64,000 nt of DNA from Candidatus Latescibacterota bacterium (GTDB taxonomy: Bacteria; Latescibacterota; UBA2968; GCA-2709665). The notes under the pieces were generated by a model that saw nothing but the letters and a program-made list of their open reading frames with translations, did not search any database and was not told where the DNA came from. Location of the stretch: assembly GCA_965208835.1 (NCBI GenBank), contig OZ242358.1, positions 4,544,001 to 4,608,000 on the forward strand. Direction: 5' to 3'. Every line of letters begins with the position of its first letter. The first letter of the stretch is position 1. Made by a program: the position numbers and the translations under genes. This document shows, piece after piece, positions 39,016 through 48,960 of the stretch.

Positions 39016-40227
39016 GTGGGTCGATTTCGGAAGATCTGTCTGACGTGCGATGTGCAGCAGGATGCCCAGGCCTTGAACTGCGGCTTCTGCGCGGGACCTC
39101 TGGGATTTCGATACCACTATCACGACGTTGCATGGGACGACCGCTTCGACGGTACCATGTGGCGCTACTGGCCCCTGCTTCCGGTAGACGCCCCCGATGG
39201 CGCCGTGACCCTGGGCGAAGGCGGTACCCCTCTGCTGCCCGCCCGGAGCTTCGACGGACACCAGGTCTATCTGAAGGACGAGACCCGCAACCCCACCGGA
39301 TCCCATAAGGATCGTTCGCTCTCGGTTGCGATCACACACGCGAAGGCCATCGGCGCGGATGTTTCCGTCATCGTATCGACAGGCAGCGCGGGCATCTCGA
39401 ACGCCGCGCTGGCCGCACGGGCGGGCATGCGCAGCGTCGTGGTCATGACCGGGGGAACGCCGCCCGATCGGCTTTACCCCATGTACGGCCTGGGCGCGGT
39501 GCTTGTCGAGGTGAAGGCCCTGATCGATCCGATCGTGCAGGGGGTGATTGATGTCTGTCGTGAACATGGACTCTATCTGAGCACCACCAGCCGGAATTCC
39601 AATCCCTACCAATCCGAGGGGAACAAAACCATCGCCTTCGAGATTGTGGAGGAACTCGGCAAGGCGCCGGACTGGGTCGTGGTTCCCGTGGGTGGCGGCG
39701 GCACCGTATCGGGGGTCTGGCGGGGGTTTCAGGATTGTCTGGCGCTCGGACTCACTGACGCCCTTCCCAGAATGATCGGCGTGGTGCCTCGAGACTACAA
39801 TGCGCTGGAGGCGGCCATTGAACGCGGATTGAACCGCTGGGAAGACGTGCTGGCGCTGCCCTATGACAACCCGCCGCCTTCCATTCTGGTGAAACTCGCC
39901 CACGGCTACCCCCCGGACGGCATGGAAGCCCTGGAGACCATACGTTCGTCGAGCGGTTTTTTCATTTCCGTCACGGACGAGGAAGCCCTTTCAGCCCAGG
40001 AAGCCTGCGGACGGCGGGAAGGACTGTTCGTGGAGCCGTCCACGGGCGCATGCCTGGCCGGCACAACCCGTCTGATGGACTCGGGACAGGTCCGTCCCGA
40101 AGACGTCGTCGTCGCCATCGTCAGCGGTTCCGGCTATCGCGAAACCGCGTGTACCATGGCCGTACGTCCACTCGCGACACAGGCGATTTCCATAGAAGAA
40201 CTGTCCGATACCCTTTCGGAACTCTAA
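39016..40227 (+). CDS. Threonine synthase-like PLP enzyme (fold type II)
   Basis: N-terminal CxxC..CxxC, LGEGGTPL, NPTGSHKDR, PVGGGG, VEPST. Confidence 0.85.
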   Translation: MGRFRKICLTCDVQQDAQALNCGFCAGPLGFRYHYHDVAWDDRFDGTMWRYWPLLPVDAPDGAVTLGEGGTPLLPARSFDGHQVYLKDETRNPTGSHKDRSLSVAITHAKAIGADVSVIVSTGSAGISNAALAARAGMRSVVVMTGGTPPDRLYPMYGLGAVLVEVKALIDPIVQGVIDVCREHGLYLSTTSRNSNPYQSEGNKTIAFEIVEELGKAPDWVVVPVGGGGTVSGVWRGFQDCLALGLTDALPRMIGVVPRDYNALEAAIERGLNRWEDVLALPYDNPPPSILVKLAHGYPPDGMEALETIRSSSGFFISVTDEEALSAQEACGRREGLFVEPSTGACLAGTTRLMDSGQVRPEDVVVAIVSGSGYRETACTMAVRPLATQAISIEELSDTLSEL

Positions 40228-40239
40228 AGGAACGAAAGA

Positions 40240-41262
40240 ATGTCACTGCATCTTGCAAAGTGGCGTCGTCGCGAAGAGCCGATCCTGTCCGCGCTGACCA
40301 CCCGCCAGGACTGGTGCCGGGTTGAACTCTACAATCCGACGGTGATCCGCGCGGCGGACAGGTACATGATGTGGTACATCGCTCAAGGTACCGCTACCCG
40401 TACAGACGATTCGGTCGTGGGCTTTGCCGAATCGGACGACGGAATCCACTGGAACGAGCACCCGGACAACCCCATCCTCACCCGCGACGATCTGCCGGCC
40501 TGCGACGCCTGGCAGACACCCCACGTGATCTTCGACGCGGACGAAGGCCTGTTCAAGATGTGGTTCATCATGTCGACCGTGGTCCGGGGCGGTCCAACCT
40601 GGCTCGTGAGCTTCGCGCAGCAACTGGGTTATGCCACCAGCCGCGACGGGCTGAAATGGGACGTACATCCGGAGCCGATCTATCACAGCGGGCGACGTCC
40701 GTGCGTGATCAAGGACGGTCCTGGTGCCTACCGGATGTGGATGAACTCATCGCCGACGCCCGACGGAAGCTTCGACGACCTGGTACATCACATCTATCGC
40801 TTCGAATCCACGGACGGCCTCCGCTGGACGCGCGACCCCGAACCCGCCGTGAGCTTCAACGAGAAACTCAGGGGAACGGTCTATCCATTCGTCATGCGCG
40901 ACGGCGACGGATATATCATGTGGTACGGCGCCTGGCCCGCCGGCGGCGAAGTGGTGATCGACACGGGGTCCGAATCGCCGCTGGTCCGCCCCGTATTCGA
41001 AATCTACTGCTCCACGTCGTCCGATGGCCTCGTCTGGACCCACCACCACGACGCGCCCGCCCTGCCGGCAACGCGGGATCCGAACCACTACGACGGGCGG
41101 TATACCTCCACGCCGTGCGTCGTGGACGGCGGGGACCGCTATCTGATGTATTATTCGGCCCGCGATTGGGGTACCCTCTACAGGACGGGCGCCGACACGC
41201 TTGGCATCGACAGAGCCGGAATCTACCGCCACATCGGCGTGGCCGAGAGCGACAGGACCTGA
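40240..41262 (+). CDS. Five-bladed beta-propeller hydrolase-like protein (GH32/43/130 clan-like)
   Basis: Repeated MWY...(A/S)xSxDGxxW blades, DNPIL, YTSTPCV. Confidence 0.75.
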   Translation: MSLHLAKWRRREEPILSALTTRQDWCRVELYNPTVIRAADRYMMWYIAQGTATRTDDSVVGFAESDDGIHWNEHPDNPILTRDDLPACDAWQTPHVIFDADEGLFKMWFIMSTVVRGGPTWLVSFAQQLGYATSRDGLKWDVHPEPIYHSGRRPCVIKDGPGAYRMWMNSSPTPDGSFDDLVHHIYRFESTDGLRWTRDPEPAVSFNEKLRGTVYPFVMRDGDGYIMWYGAWPAGGEVVIDTGSESPLVRPVFEIYCSTSSDGLVWTHHHDAPALPATRDPNHYDGRYTSTPCVVDGGDRYLMYYSARDWGTLYRTGADTLGIDRAGIYRHIGVAESDRT

Positions 41263-41288
41263 AATGTCGGCGATGAAGAGGAGAACGA

Positions 41289-43283
41289 GTGGACAGCGCT
41301 CGAGCACACGATCCGAGGCAACACGCGCAATCGGAGAATCAGCCGGCGCCGTCGGAAGACGGGCTGACCCTTCGCGCATTCCTGATCGGTCTGGGTCTCT
41401 GCGTGTTCATGGGCGTCGCGTTGACCTACAACCGGATGGTCGTCCAGGGGCCGTTCATGGGCAACTACCATATGGACCGGGGCGTACTGTTCGTTTTCTT
41501 TATTCTCGTGCTGGTGGTCAACCCTCTGGCGGGAGCCCTGAAGCGCCGCTTCTCACTCGGGCGGGGCGAATTACTGGCCATCTACGTCATGTTGCTGTTT
41601 CTGATGCCGTCATGGAAGATGACCAAGGCCCTGCTGGGTTTCATGACGGGCGTCACCTACTATGCCTCGCCGGAAATGCGGCACCTGGAAGCCGTGTTGC
41701 CCAATGCCCTGCCCTGGCTGTCGATCCTGGATACCGAAACGGTACGGGGGCTGTACGACGGGCTTCCCGCCGGGGACCCGGTACCCTGGTGGTCGTGGGT
41801 GGTTCCCCTGTGGAGCTGGGGGTCGTTCCTGGTCGTGCTTTACGTCGTGCTCGTCTGCCTGGCAGTACTCATGAGAAAGCAGTGGGAGGAGCACGAGCGC
41901 TTCGCGTTTCCCATCATGCAGGTGCCGCTGGAGATGAGCATGATGGGCGCGCGGACGGTGGGTCCCCTGTTCCGCGGCAGAATGATGTGGGGAGGGTTCG
42001 CGGTACCCTTTCTGATCGGATTGTTGAACGGGCTTCAGAGGTACTACTATTCGCTTCCGCGGATTCCGCTGCGGACGATTCTATGGATCTTCCGACGGGC
42101 GATTCCCTTGCACATCGGTCTTCATTTCGCGATTTTCGGGTACTCGTATTTCGTGAATACGGACGTAAGCCTGAGCATCTGGCTGTTCAACGTCATCGCA
42201 AAATGCATCAGCGGAATTCTGGCCATTGTGGGGGCGGAGACATACGGCGTCTCCGGGGTCGTAGGGAGGCACAGTTCGCAGGGATCGGAACTCCTGGCGA
42301 TGCTGGGCATGGGGTATATGCTCGGCCTGGCGGGGTACAGTCTGTGGATCGCGAGGGGGCACCTGCGTGAGGTCTGGGCCAGGGCCATGGGCCGCCCATC
42401 GCGCCTGGACGATTCGGATGAGGTGGTCCCCTATCGATCCGCGGTGGCCGGGATCGTTGCAGGGACACTCTATCTCGGATGCTGGCTCTACCAGGCGGGC
42501 ATCTCTCCCCATCTGGTCCTGCTGCTGGGCTTCTTCAGCTTTGTCGTCTTTCTGGTGCTCGCCCGGATCGTGAGCGAGACCGGATATTCCGTAACCTATT
42601 CCCCGCTGAATCCGTCTGAGTTCGTCGTATGCGCCGTGGGTTCCGCGGCGTTCAGTCCGACGGGGCTGACATCTCTGGGCGTCAGTTTCGCCTGGACGAT
42701 GACCCGGTTGAATACGCTGATGCCAAGGGCCTCCGGCGCGCTGCGACTCGCACGGGAGATCGGACGCAAGCGGGGGCTGCTGGTGGCGATGGGCGCCGCG
42801 CTGGCCGCCGGCCTGGTCGCGGCGAGCTATACGACGCTCCAACTGGGATACGAACACGGCGGTCGCAATTTGGACTACTGGTTCCGGGACGTGAACGACT
42901 GTGCGTTGCCGTTCGACGAATACATCGGTCGCAGGCTGCTCTCACCCTCGCCCATCTTCTACCCCGGATTCCTGTATACGGGTCTGGGCGTGGGTGTCGT
43001 GGTGTTGATGATGGCGCTCCGTTCGCGGCTTCCGTGGTGGCCGCTGCACCCGGTGGCGCTGCCGGTGAGTACGATCGCCTATACGCACAACTATTTTTTC
43101 AGCGTATTTCTCGCCTGGGGAATCAAGTCGCTCGTGCTGCGGTTCGGAGGCGCCAATCTCTACAGGACGACCCGGCCGCTCTTCATGGGGATCATCCTCG
43201 GCGAGGCGGTCTGCCTGGGAATGTGGATCGTCATCGACAGCATCACGGGCAAAGTGGGCGGGATCTGGATCCTGCAACCGTGA
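41289..43283 (+). CDS. DUF6785/DUF6784-type multi-pass membrane protein (putative transporter)
   Basis: Many TM helices; GLTLRAFLIG, RKQWEEHERFAFP, RIVSETG, PWWPLHPV, FLAWGIKSLVLRFGG..LY...PLFMGIILG. Confidence 0.75.
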   Translation: MDSARAHDPRQHAQSENQPAPSEDGLTLRAFLIGLGLCVFMGVALTYNRMVVQGPFMGNYHMDRGVLFVFFILVLVVNPLAGALKRRFSLGRGELLAIYVMLLFLMPSWKMTKALLGFMTGVTYYASPEMRHLEAVLPNALPWLSILDTETVRGLYDGLPAGDPVPWWSWVVPLWSWGSFLVVLYVVLVCLAVLMRKQWEEHERFAFPIMQVPLEMSMMGARTVGPLFRGRMMWGGFAVPFLIGLLNGLQRYYYSLPRIPLRTILWIFRRAIPLHIGLHFAIFGYSYFVNTDVSLSIWLFNVIAKCISGILAIVGAETYGVSGVVGRHSSQGSELLAMLGMGYMLGLAGYSLWIARGHLREVWARAMGRPSRLDDSDEVVPYRSAVAGIVAGTLYLGCWLYQAGISPHLVLLLGFFSFVVFLVLARIVSETGYSVTYSPLNPSEFVVCAVGSAAFSPTGLTSLGVSFAWTMTRLNTLMPRASGALRLAREIGRKRGLLVAMGAALAAGLVAASYTTLQLGYEHGGRNLDYWFRDVNDCALPFDEYIGRRLLSPSPIFYPGFLYTGLGVGVVVLMMALRSRLPWWPLHPVALPVSTIAYTHNYFFSVFLAWGIKSLVLRFGGANLYRTTRPLFMGIILGEAVCLGMWIVIDSITGKVGGIWILQP

Positions 43284-43337
43284 GCGTGCAGACGGCGCGG
43301 CTCGGGTGCCGCCACGCCGATCGAAGAGGATACATAT

Positions 43338-44156
43338 ATGGATTCAGGAGCAGATCGGATGCAAAGCGAACTGGACCAGATGCGCGTCAACGGCTGGTGT
43401 GTGGTCAAGGACGTCGTACCCGAGGACCGGGTTACGGCGGTGAGAGAGCGCGTTATGGATGCCGTACATCGGCACGCGAATGCCGAAACGCTCGACGAAA
43501 AGGGCATCGGCCACGTCTCCGGTTTCGTCGCCCGGGAGCAGTCTTTCGCGCCCTATGTGGCGGATTCCGGGGTCATGGGCGTCGTCATGGGAATGCTGGG
43601 CGAACACGTCCGGATCTCATTCACAACCGCGACGGTGAATTTCCCCGGTAACCCGCGCGGCGCGTGGCACGCCGACTGGCCCTTCAACCAGAACAACGCG
43701 GGGCATATTGCCGCGCCCTATCCCGACGCGGTGATGCACCTCACCACGCTATGGATGCTCTCCCCCTTCAGTGCGAAAAACGGAGGAACCCTCATTCTTC
43801 CCGGCAGCCACCGTTCGAACAACAATCCAAGCGGGGGAAACGGATTCGACCCGCTCGGCGCGATTCCCGGCGAATGCAACGCGGAAGGCGAAGCGGGAAG
43901 CGTGCTGATGCTGGACAGCCGGCTGTGGCACGCCTCGGCCCCCAACCGTTCCGACGAGCCTCGCGTGTCGGTCGTCATTCGCTACGCGCCCTGGTGGCTC
44001 GATACCGGTGTTCTGATGCCCGGGTCCGACGAGCGGAGACTGATGCTGGAGGCCACCGGACTGAATGCGCCCGAAGTCCCGCCCGTTCCCCGGGAAGTGT
44101 ATGATTCGATGCCGGAAAAGGTGAAGCCCCTTTTCAGGCACTGGGTGCGGTCGTAG
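43338..44156 (+). CDS. Phytanoyl-CoA dioxygenase (PhyH)-family Fe(II)/2OG oxygenase
   Basis: NGWCVVKDV, WHADW (HxD), GGT..LPGSH, DSRLWH, R. Confidence 0.9.
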   Translation: MDSGADRMQSELDQMRVNGWCVVKDVVPEDRVTAVRERVMDAVHRHANAETLDEKGIGHVSGFVAREQSFAPYVADSGVMGVVMGMLGEHVRISFTTATVNFPGNPRGAWHADWPFNQNNAGHIAAPYPDAVMHLTTLWMLSPFSAKNGGTLILPGSHRSNNNPSGGNGFDPLGAIPGECNAEGEAGSVLMLDSRLWHASAPNRSDEPRVSVVIRYAPWWLDTGVLMPGSDERRLMLEATGLNAPEVPPVPREVYDSMPEKVKPLFRHWVRS

Positions 44157-44205
44157 GACTGGCGTCTTGCCGAATCGTATCAGTCGTAACTGGAGGTGTA
44201 CCGAG

Positions 44206-45159
44206 ATGGCCGAGACAGCGACAAAAGCCAAGTATACCGCGCCGAATCCCGGGTTTGGTTTCTCGGATGTGCCACAGACCGAATTCGACTATCCATTCCC
44301 GGCCCTGACGCTGGAGCAGCGGATGCGGTTCGAGCTTTTCGGGTACACCATCGTCGAGGACCTGTTTACCGAGCCGGAGTTGCAGTCCATAGAAGCGTCA
44401 GCCAACAAACTGAAGGCGGAAATCCTGGACGCGGCCGGCAACGTCGAGATCACGCCGCCTCCGCCGCCCAGGAAATACGAGGACTTCCGGGACGGGGCGA
44501 TCTGGCGGGCGAACCGGAGGAGGACGGCTTCGGGCGACCTTCACCTGGAACGTCTTGAGATTGAGAACGTGCTGGGCCTGGACCCCGTCTACCTGTCGGT
44601 TCTGACAAGGCCGCGCGTCTTGGGGATCGCCACGGAACTGCTGGGCGGGACATTTCGCTTCCATCAGGTCGCCGTCCGCTTCAACCGGCGTTCCGAAACC
44701 CCCGTTCTGGGATGGCACGGCGGGGTGACCCGGCACAAGGACCGGGCGGTCCGCAAGAATGGCTGGTTCCATACGCAGATCCTCGGTTTGATCCTCTATC
44801 TCACGGACGTGGGCCGTGGCGACGGCGGTACCGGGATCTTCGCGGGAAGTCACAGACTCGACCTCTCGTACGACGATCTGAAACAGTACATCACGGACCA
44901 TCCGGACTCCGAGTTCTTCCACCAGACCACGGCAAAGCGGGGCTCGGCGCTGCTGTTCGCCGACGGCCCGTTGATGCACCGGACCATCAACATCGAGACG
45001 GACAGGGAACGGCTCATCATGCTCTCGCGGCTGGTCCATTCCGACTACGAGTTCGGCGGAATGGCGTCACTCGGACAGACCGACCACGTACCGCATGAGC
45101 TGATGCCGCTGTTCTATGGACGGGCGTTCACGCCCAGATATCGACCCCGCGGGGAATAA
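44206..45159 (+). CDS. PhyH-family Fe(II)/2OG enzyme with HxG instead of HxD/E
   Basis: FGYTIVEDL, GWHGG, YLTDV...GGT.IFAGSH, LMH, R. Confidence 0.85.
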   Translation: MAETATKAKYTAPNPGFGFSDVPQTEFDYPFPALTLEQRMRFELFGYTIVEDLFTEPELQSIEASANKLKAEILDAAGNVEITPPPPPRKYEDFRDGAIWRANRRRTASGDLHLERLEIENVLGLDPVYLSVLTRPRVLGIATELLGGTFRFHQVAVRFNRRSETPVLGWHGGVTRHKDRAVRKNGWFHTQILGLILYLTDVGRGDGGTGIFAGSHRLDLSYDDLKQYITDHPDSEFFHQTTAKRGSALLFADGPLMHRTINIETDRERLIMLSRLVHSDYEFGGMASLGQTDHVPHELMPLFYGRAFTPRYRPRGE

Positions 45160-45263
45160 GTGCAGGAGAGAGTGGTGAGAGCCCCCCGGTCCCCTCGGCG
45201 CCCTAGACTTTCTCTCTTTCCTCACTCCTCTTCACTCTCTTCTCGCAACGGAAGGATGATGAG

Positions 45264-46541
45264 ATGGCGGCGCGAGTTCCCGAGGTCCCGGCCTGGTTTG
45301 TCCCCCGCATCTGCGGCGTCGACCCGACAGGACGGACGATTTCGGTCAAGCCCGGAGAGACCATTGACCTTCGTCTCGACGTAGAACCCTGTCAGTCGCT
45401 CCCGACACGGCAGGACTGGCGGCGCCTGTCCGATCCCGTCCTGTCAGCGGCGACGACGAAACAGGATTGGTGCCGCGTACTCCTCTACATGCCCTGCGTG
45501 CTGATAGCGGACGGGATCTTCAAGATGTGGTACGTTGGCAGTTCCGACCACGCGCGCAACCCATCGTACATCCACCTCGGGTACGCCACGTCGACGGACG
45601 GGCTGCGCTGGGACCCGCGGCCGGACAATCCGATCGCCACCGACGATGCGATTCCGTGGGGCTGGCGTTTCCAGGCGCCGTACGTGCTCTACGACCAGGA
45701 CGAGAAGATTTACAAGATGTGGTTTACCGCCGTCGATGAAATCGACGCTGACGGACGCCCGTGGCTGAACCAGCGCGTGGGGTACGGCGAGAGTCCCGAC
45801 GGGATTTCATGGACGTTCCTCCCGGAGCCCGTGTTGCGAACCGGGCGGCGTCCGTGTGTCCTGAAACTGGATGACGGGACGTACAGGATGTGGGTGAACG
45901 CGCCGTCCAGGTCGGCTCCGGATTTGCAGATGACCCTGAATGTTGTTTCCGCCCGCTCCGAGGACGGTCTGCACTGGAAACACGAAGACGACGCAGTTCG
46001 GTACGGCGGGATCTATCGCTCTTGCGTGTATCCCTTCGTGATGCACGATCGGGGCGAACTGGCGATGTGGTTCGGCGGTCACCGGGCGGGCGGGCTCTTC
46101 GATATTTCGTTCGGGCGGACGCGTGACGGCGGCACCTGGTACTACCAGAACGACGTGCCGACGTTTCCCTCGAACCCGCGAAGGGAAGCGTTCGACGGCC
46201 GGTACACGTCCACCCCGCACGTCTTGAAATTGCCGGGCAGATACCTGATGTACTATTCCGCGCGGGATCTGGACGACGGCTGGGTCGCGCCTGACGGCTC
46301 GCGCCAACGGGACGGCGAGGGGGTGTATCGCCACATCGGGTGCGCCGAATTGCCGGCCGACGAAGTGGAAGATCCGGGCCTCCGGTATTCGTGGACGTCC
46401 AATGGCAGGGCGATAACCGGAAACGGCGGAACATTGCGATTCGTCGCGGACAGGGCGGGAAGACATTCGATAACCTGCCGCGTGGAAAATGGCAACGGGT
46501 CAGCCGCGTACACGTGGGAAGTGGATGCAGGCAATGGATAA
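45264..46541 (+). CDS. Five-bladed beta-propeller protein inserted in a split Ig-like domain; paralog of 40240..41262
   Basis: Shares QDWCRV.LY.P.V, GRRPCV.K, DGRYTSTP, YLMYYSARD, G.YRHIG.AE; terminal Ig-like strands (ISVKPGETIDL; YSWTSNG...HSITCRV). Confidence 0.75.
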   Translation: MAARVPEVPAWFVPRICGVDPTGRTISVKPGETIDLRLDVEPCQSLPTRQDWRRLSDPVLSAATTKQDWCRVLLYMPCVLIADGIFKMWYVGSSDHARNPSYIHLGYATSTDGLRWDPRPDNPIATDDAIPWGWRFQAPYVLYDQDEKIYKMWFTAVDEIDADGRPWLNQRVGYGESPDGISWTFLPEPVLRTGRRPCVLKLDDGTYRMWVNAPSRSAPDLQMTLNVVSARSEDGLHWKHEDDAVRYGGIYRSCVYPFVMHDRGELAMWFGGHRAGGLFDISFGRTRDGGTWYYQNDVPTFPSNPRREAFDGRYTSTPHVLKLPGRYLMYYSARDLDDGWVAPDGSRQRDGEGVYRHIGCAELPADEVEDPGLRYSWTSNGRAITGNGGTLRFVADRAGRHSITCRVENGNGSAAYTWEVDAGNG

Positions 46542-46962
46542 GACCGTGATCCTGGCCGCCGACCGCCGCGCGCGTTGTGCGGTGGAGGTGCCGGCGAAAC
46601 CGGAACCCGCTGAAAAGACGGCCGGGGAAGAACTGGCGCATTACATCGGGAAGCTCGCCGGCGCCTCCATCGGTCTGCATCATGGGGAAGTGAGCGGCGC
46701 GTCCGTAAGGCTTCTGGTTGGCGCCAGAGCGCGTGACGAGATTGGCGACCGGCTGATGGGCGCGAGACGGACCGCGGAAACCTACCACCGGACGCGGGAT
46801 CAGGACCACTTGAAGCGGCTGGCCCGGGAACGGGACGCCATCGTCGACTACATCGCCGCGAATCCCGTGGACGGCGCCTATCACCTGGGCGGCATTGGCG
46901 GGCAGCGAGGGAATATCAATAACTTCCTGCTGGGACACCTCTGGGGAATCGAAAGGATCTGA
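46534..46962 (+). CDS. Short protein resembling the N-terminal domain of GH20/GH67/DUF4838 proteins, possibly a fragment
   Basis: EKTAGEELAHYIGKLAGASI...LLVG pattern; no catalytic domain follows. Confidence 0.5.
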   Translation: MDKTVILAADRRARCAVEVPAKPEPAEKTAGEELAHYIGKLAGASIGLHHGEVSGASVRLLVGARARDEIGDRLMGARRTAETYHRTRDQDHLKRLARERDAIVDYIAANPVDGAYHLGGIGGQRGNINNFLLGHLWGIERI

Positions 46963-46965
46963 GGC

Positions 46966-48786
46966 ATGGAACAACCCATTCTGATATTGCGCGCGGACAG
47001 CGACCCGTCGGAAGATCTCTGTGCCGAGGTGCTCCGATGCGAGGGCTTTCCGTGGCACGAAGAACGCCCCGCATCGGGATTTGACGGTGTGTCTCCCGGC
47101 GTGAGGCTGGTCGTTCTCGCTGGCGCCGGCTTCGGCCATACGACCGCGGAGCGCCTGGCGAGGGCTGTCTCCGCGGGTGTGACGCTGATCTCAACCGCGC
47201 CCGACCCTGCCGTCGCGGCAGCGTTCGGCGTCTCGGTTTCGGATACTGAAACCGATGCCCACGTGGCCGTAACCGCGCTGAACGGTTGGGAACATGGCAA
47301 CGTCCCGTTGCTGTGCCCCGACGACACTGCCCGCACCCTTCGCGGCGGCCAGGAAGCGGCGGCGCTTCGGGCCGATAGCGGACAGCGGTGCGGATCCGGA
47401 CTCGTTTCCGCCCGCGTGGGAAATGGAACCGCCTGGATTTACGGCTACGACCTCTGCCGTACCGTGGCCGCGCTGCGTCACGGTACGGGCGACGTGCGTG
47501 AGCGGCCGGCGAAGGATATGGGGCCGCTCACGGGGCCCCGGCACATCTACGGATTCTTCGACCTTTCCGACAAGCTGCCCCGGGACGTGCCGGTATGCGA
47601 TCTGCATCAGGATATTCTTCGGACGTTTGTGCTCGCTTCTCTCGCCGATTCGAGTCTTCCTCGCCTGTGGCACTTTCCCGACGCCGCCCCCGCGCTCTGG
47701 TTCGTGAAGGGCGACGGCTGCGGAGAAATCGGCGTCGACGTGGAGGTGGAAGTCGTAGAGGAGTACGACGCCTATCTGACATTCAACAGACCCCCCGTGA
47801 GCCGGTACGGCGGTGACTTGATGAAAGACTGGCACGAACGGGGGCACGGCATCACCATCGAAGCCAATCTGGACGACGTCACCAGGCCCGTCGTCGAGGT
47901 CTCGGGACAGAAGGTCCGTCGGTCGCGCACCGCGCAGGACCTGAACGAAAACGCACTTCCCGATATCCGCGCCAACCTCGAGGCGCACCGCGACAGCTTC
48001 TTCCGCGACACGGGTCTGGACATGGACTCGATCTGCATTCACGGCTGCCAGTGGTCGGGGCAGCCGATGGCGGAAATGGTTGTCGACCTCGGCTGGTACA
48101 CACCCACCCACTTCATCTCCCACGATCCGCGGATGCGCTACGATGAGCGCTACGGGCCGTATATGATTTCGACCGCGCTGCCTCTTCGCTATTTTCAACA
48201 CGGTGTGGGGGTCCTCGACCTCTGGCACATGCCGGCGCAGTGGGACGAGAGCCAGACGCTGGGGGAACGGGACGTTTCGGATCCCAAGTCCACCGGAAGG
48301 GTGGGCCTTTCGACAGAAGCGTACGGCGAGGAGCTCGCCCGGTTCGCCGAAGACGCGGCACATCGCTGGCACGGGGTACAGATCGCCAACTTTCACCCGA
48401 GCTACGTCGTTATGCCCCAGGACGATCCCCGTGCGTCCCGCCGGTCGCTGGAGATGGGCCTCGACGGCGCCCGGGCGGCGGGATGCCGGTTCGAGAACCA
48501 GGAGCGATGGTCGCGGTTCTCCCGGGCCAGGGCCGACGTGCGCCTCGAGGGGCTACGGGAAGACGGCCAGGCCGTCTTTCTGACGATGGCCTCCCCTGGC
48601 GACCTCCCGGGCCTCACGCTGCTGCTGCCCGATCGCGTGACCGGGGTCCGCGTTGCCGAAACGGGTCAGCCCCTGGAAATCCGCGAGGTTGTGCTGGAGG
48701 GACGGTCCCAGCGGGCCGTGTCCCTGGATCTGGTCGCCGAAACGCCGCGTACCCTTCGCATGGAGACCGCAACGGGTCCATTCTGA
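46966..48786 (+). CDS. Hypothetical protein with polysaccharide-deacetylase-like barrel
   Basis: RLWHFP...VKGDGC, RGHGITI, CIHGCQW, NFHP. Confidence 0.6.
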   Translation: MEQPILILRADSDPSEDLCAEVLRCEGFPWHEERPASGFDGVSPGVRLVVLAGAGFGHTTAERLARAVSAGVTLISTAPDPAVAAAFGVSVSDTETDAHVAVTALNGWEHGNVPLLCPDDTARTLRGGQEAAALRADSGQRCGSGLVSARVGNGTAWIYGYDLCRTVAALRHGTGDVRERPAKDMGPLTGPRHIYGFFDLSDKLPRDVPVCDLHQDILRTFVLASLADSSLPRLWHFPDAAPALWFVKGDGCGEIGVDVEVEVVEEYDAYLTFNRPPVSRYGGDLMKDWHERGHGITIEANLDDVTRPVVEVSGQKVRRSRTAQDLNENALPDIRANLEAHRDSFFRDTGLDMDSICIHGCQWSGQPMAEMVVDLGWYTPTHFISHDPRMRYDERYGPYMISTALPLRYFQHGVGVLDLWHMPAQWDESQTLGERDVSDPKSTGRVGLSTEAYGEELARFAEDAAHRWHGVQIANFHPSYVVMPQDDPRASRRSLEMGLDGARAAGCRFENQERWSRFSRARADVRLEGLREDGQAVFLTMASPGDLPGLTLLLPDRVTGVRVAETGQPLEIREVVLEGRSQRAVSLDLVAETPRTLRMETATGPF

Positions 48787-48901
48787 CTACGAAATGGGTC
48801 AGACCGAGCCGGTCGGCAGTGTCGAACACCTGCCGCCGGATCTAATGCCGCTGTTTTACGGACGCTCGTTCATACCCAGGTACCGACCCGCGGGGCGATA
48901 G
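48775..48901 (+). pseudogene. 3' remnant of a second HxG-type PhyH paralog
   Basis: Encodes VHSDYEMGQTEPVGSVEHLPPDLMPLFYGRSFIPRYRPAGR*, matching the C-terminus of 44206..45159 (VHSDYEFGGMASLGQTDHVPHELMPLFYGRAFTPRYRPRGE*). Confidence 0.85.
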
Positions 48902-48960
48902 GCAGGACGCCGGCGTTTACAACCCTGGGGTATCAGCGCCCTGCATCGCGGAGAATACGA

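Noticed and set aside
39016-40227. Calling this gene thrC
   Set aside because: Motifs deviate (STGSAG rather than STGN) and the context is catabolic; left as threonine synthase-like.
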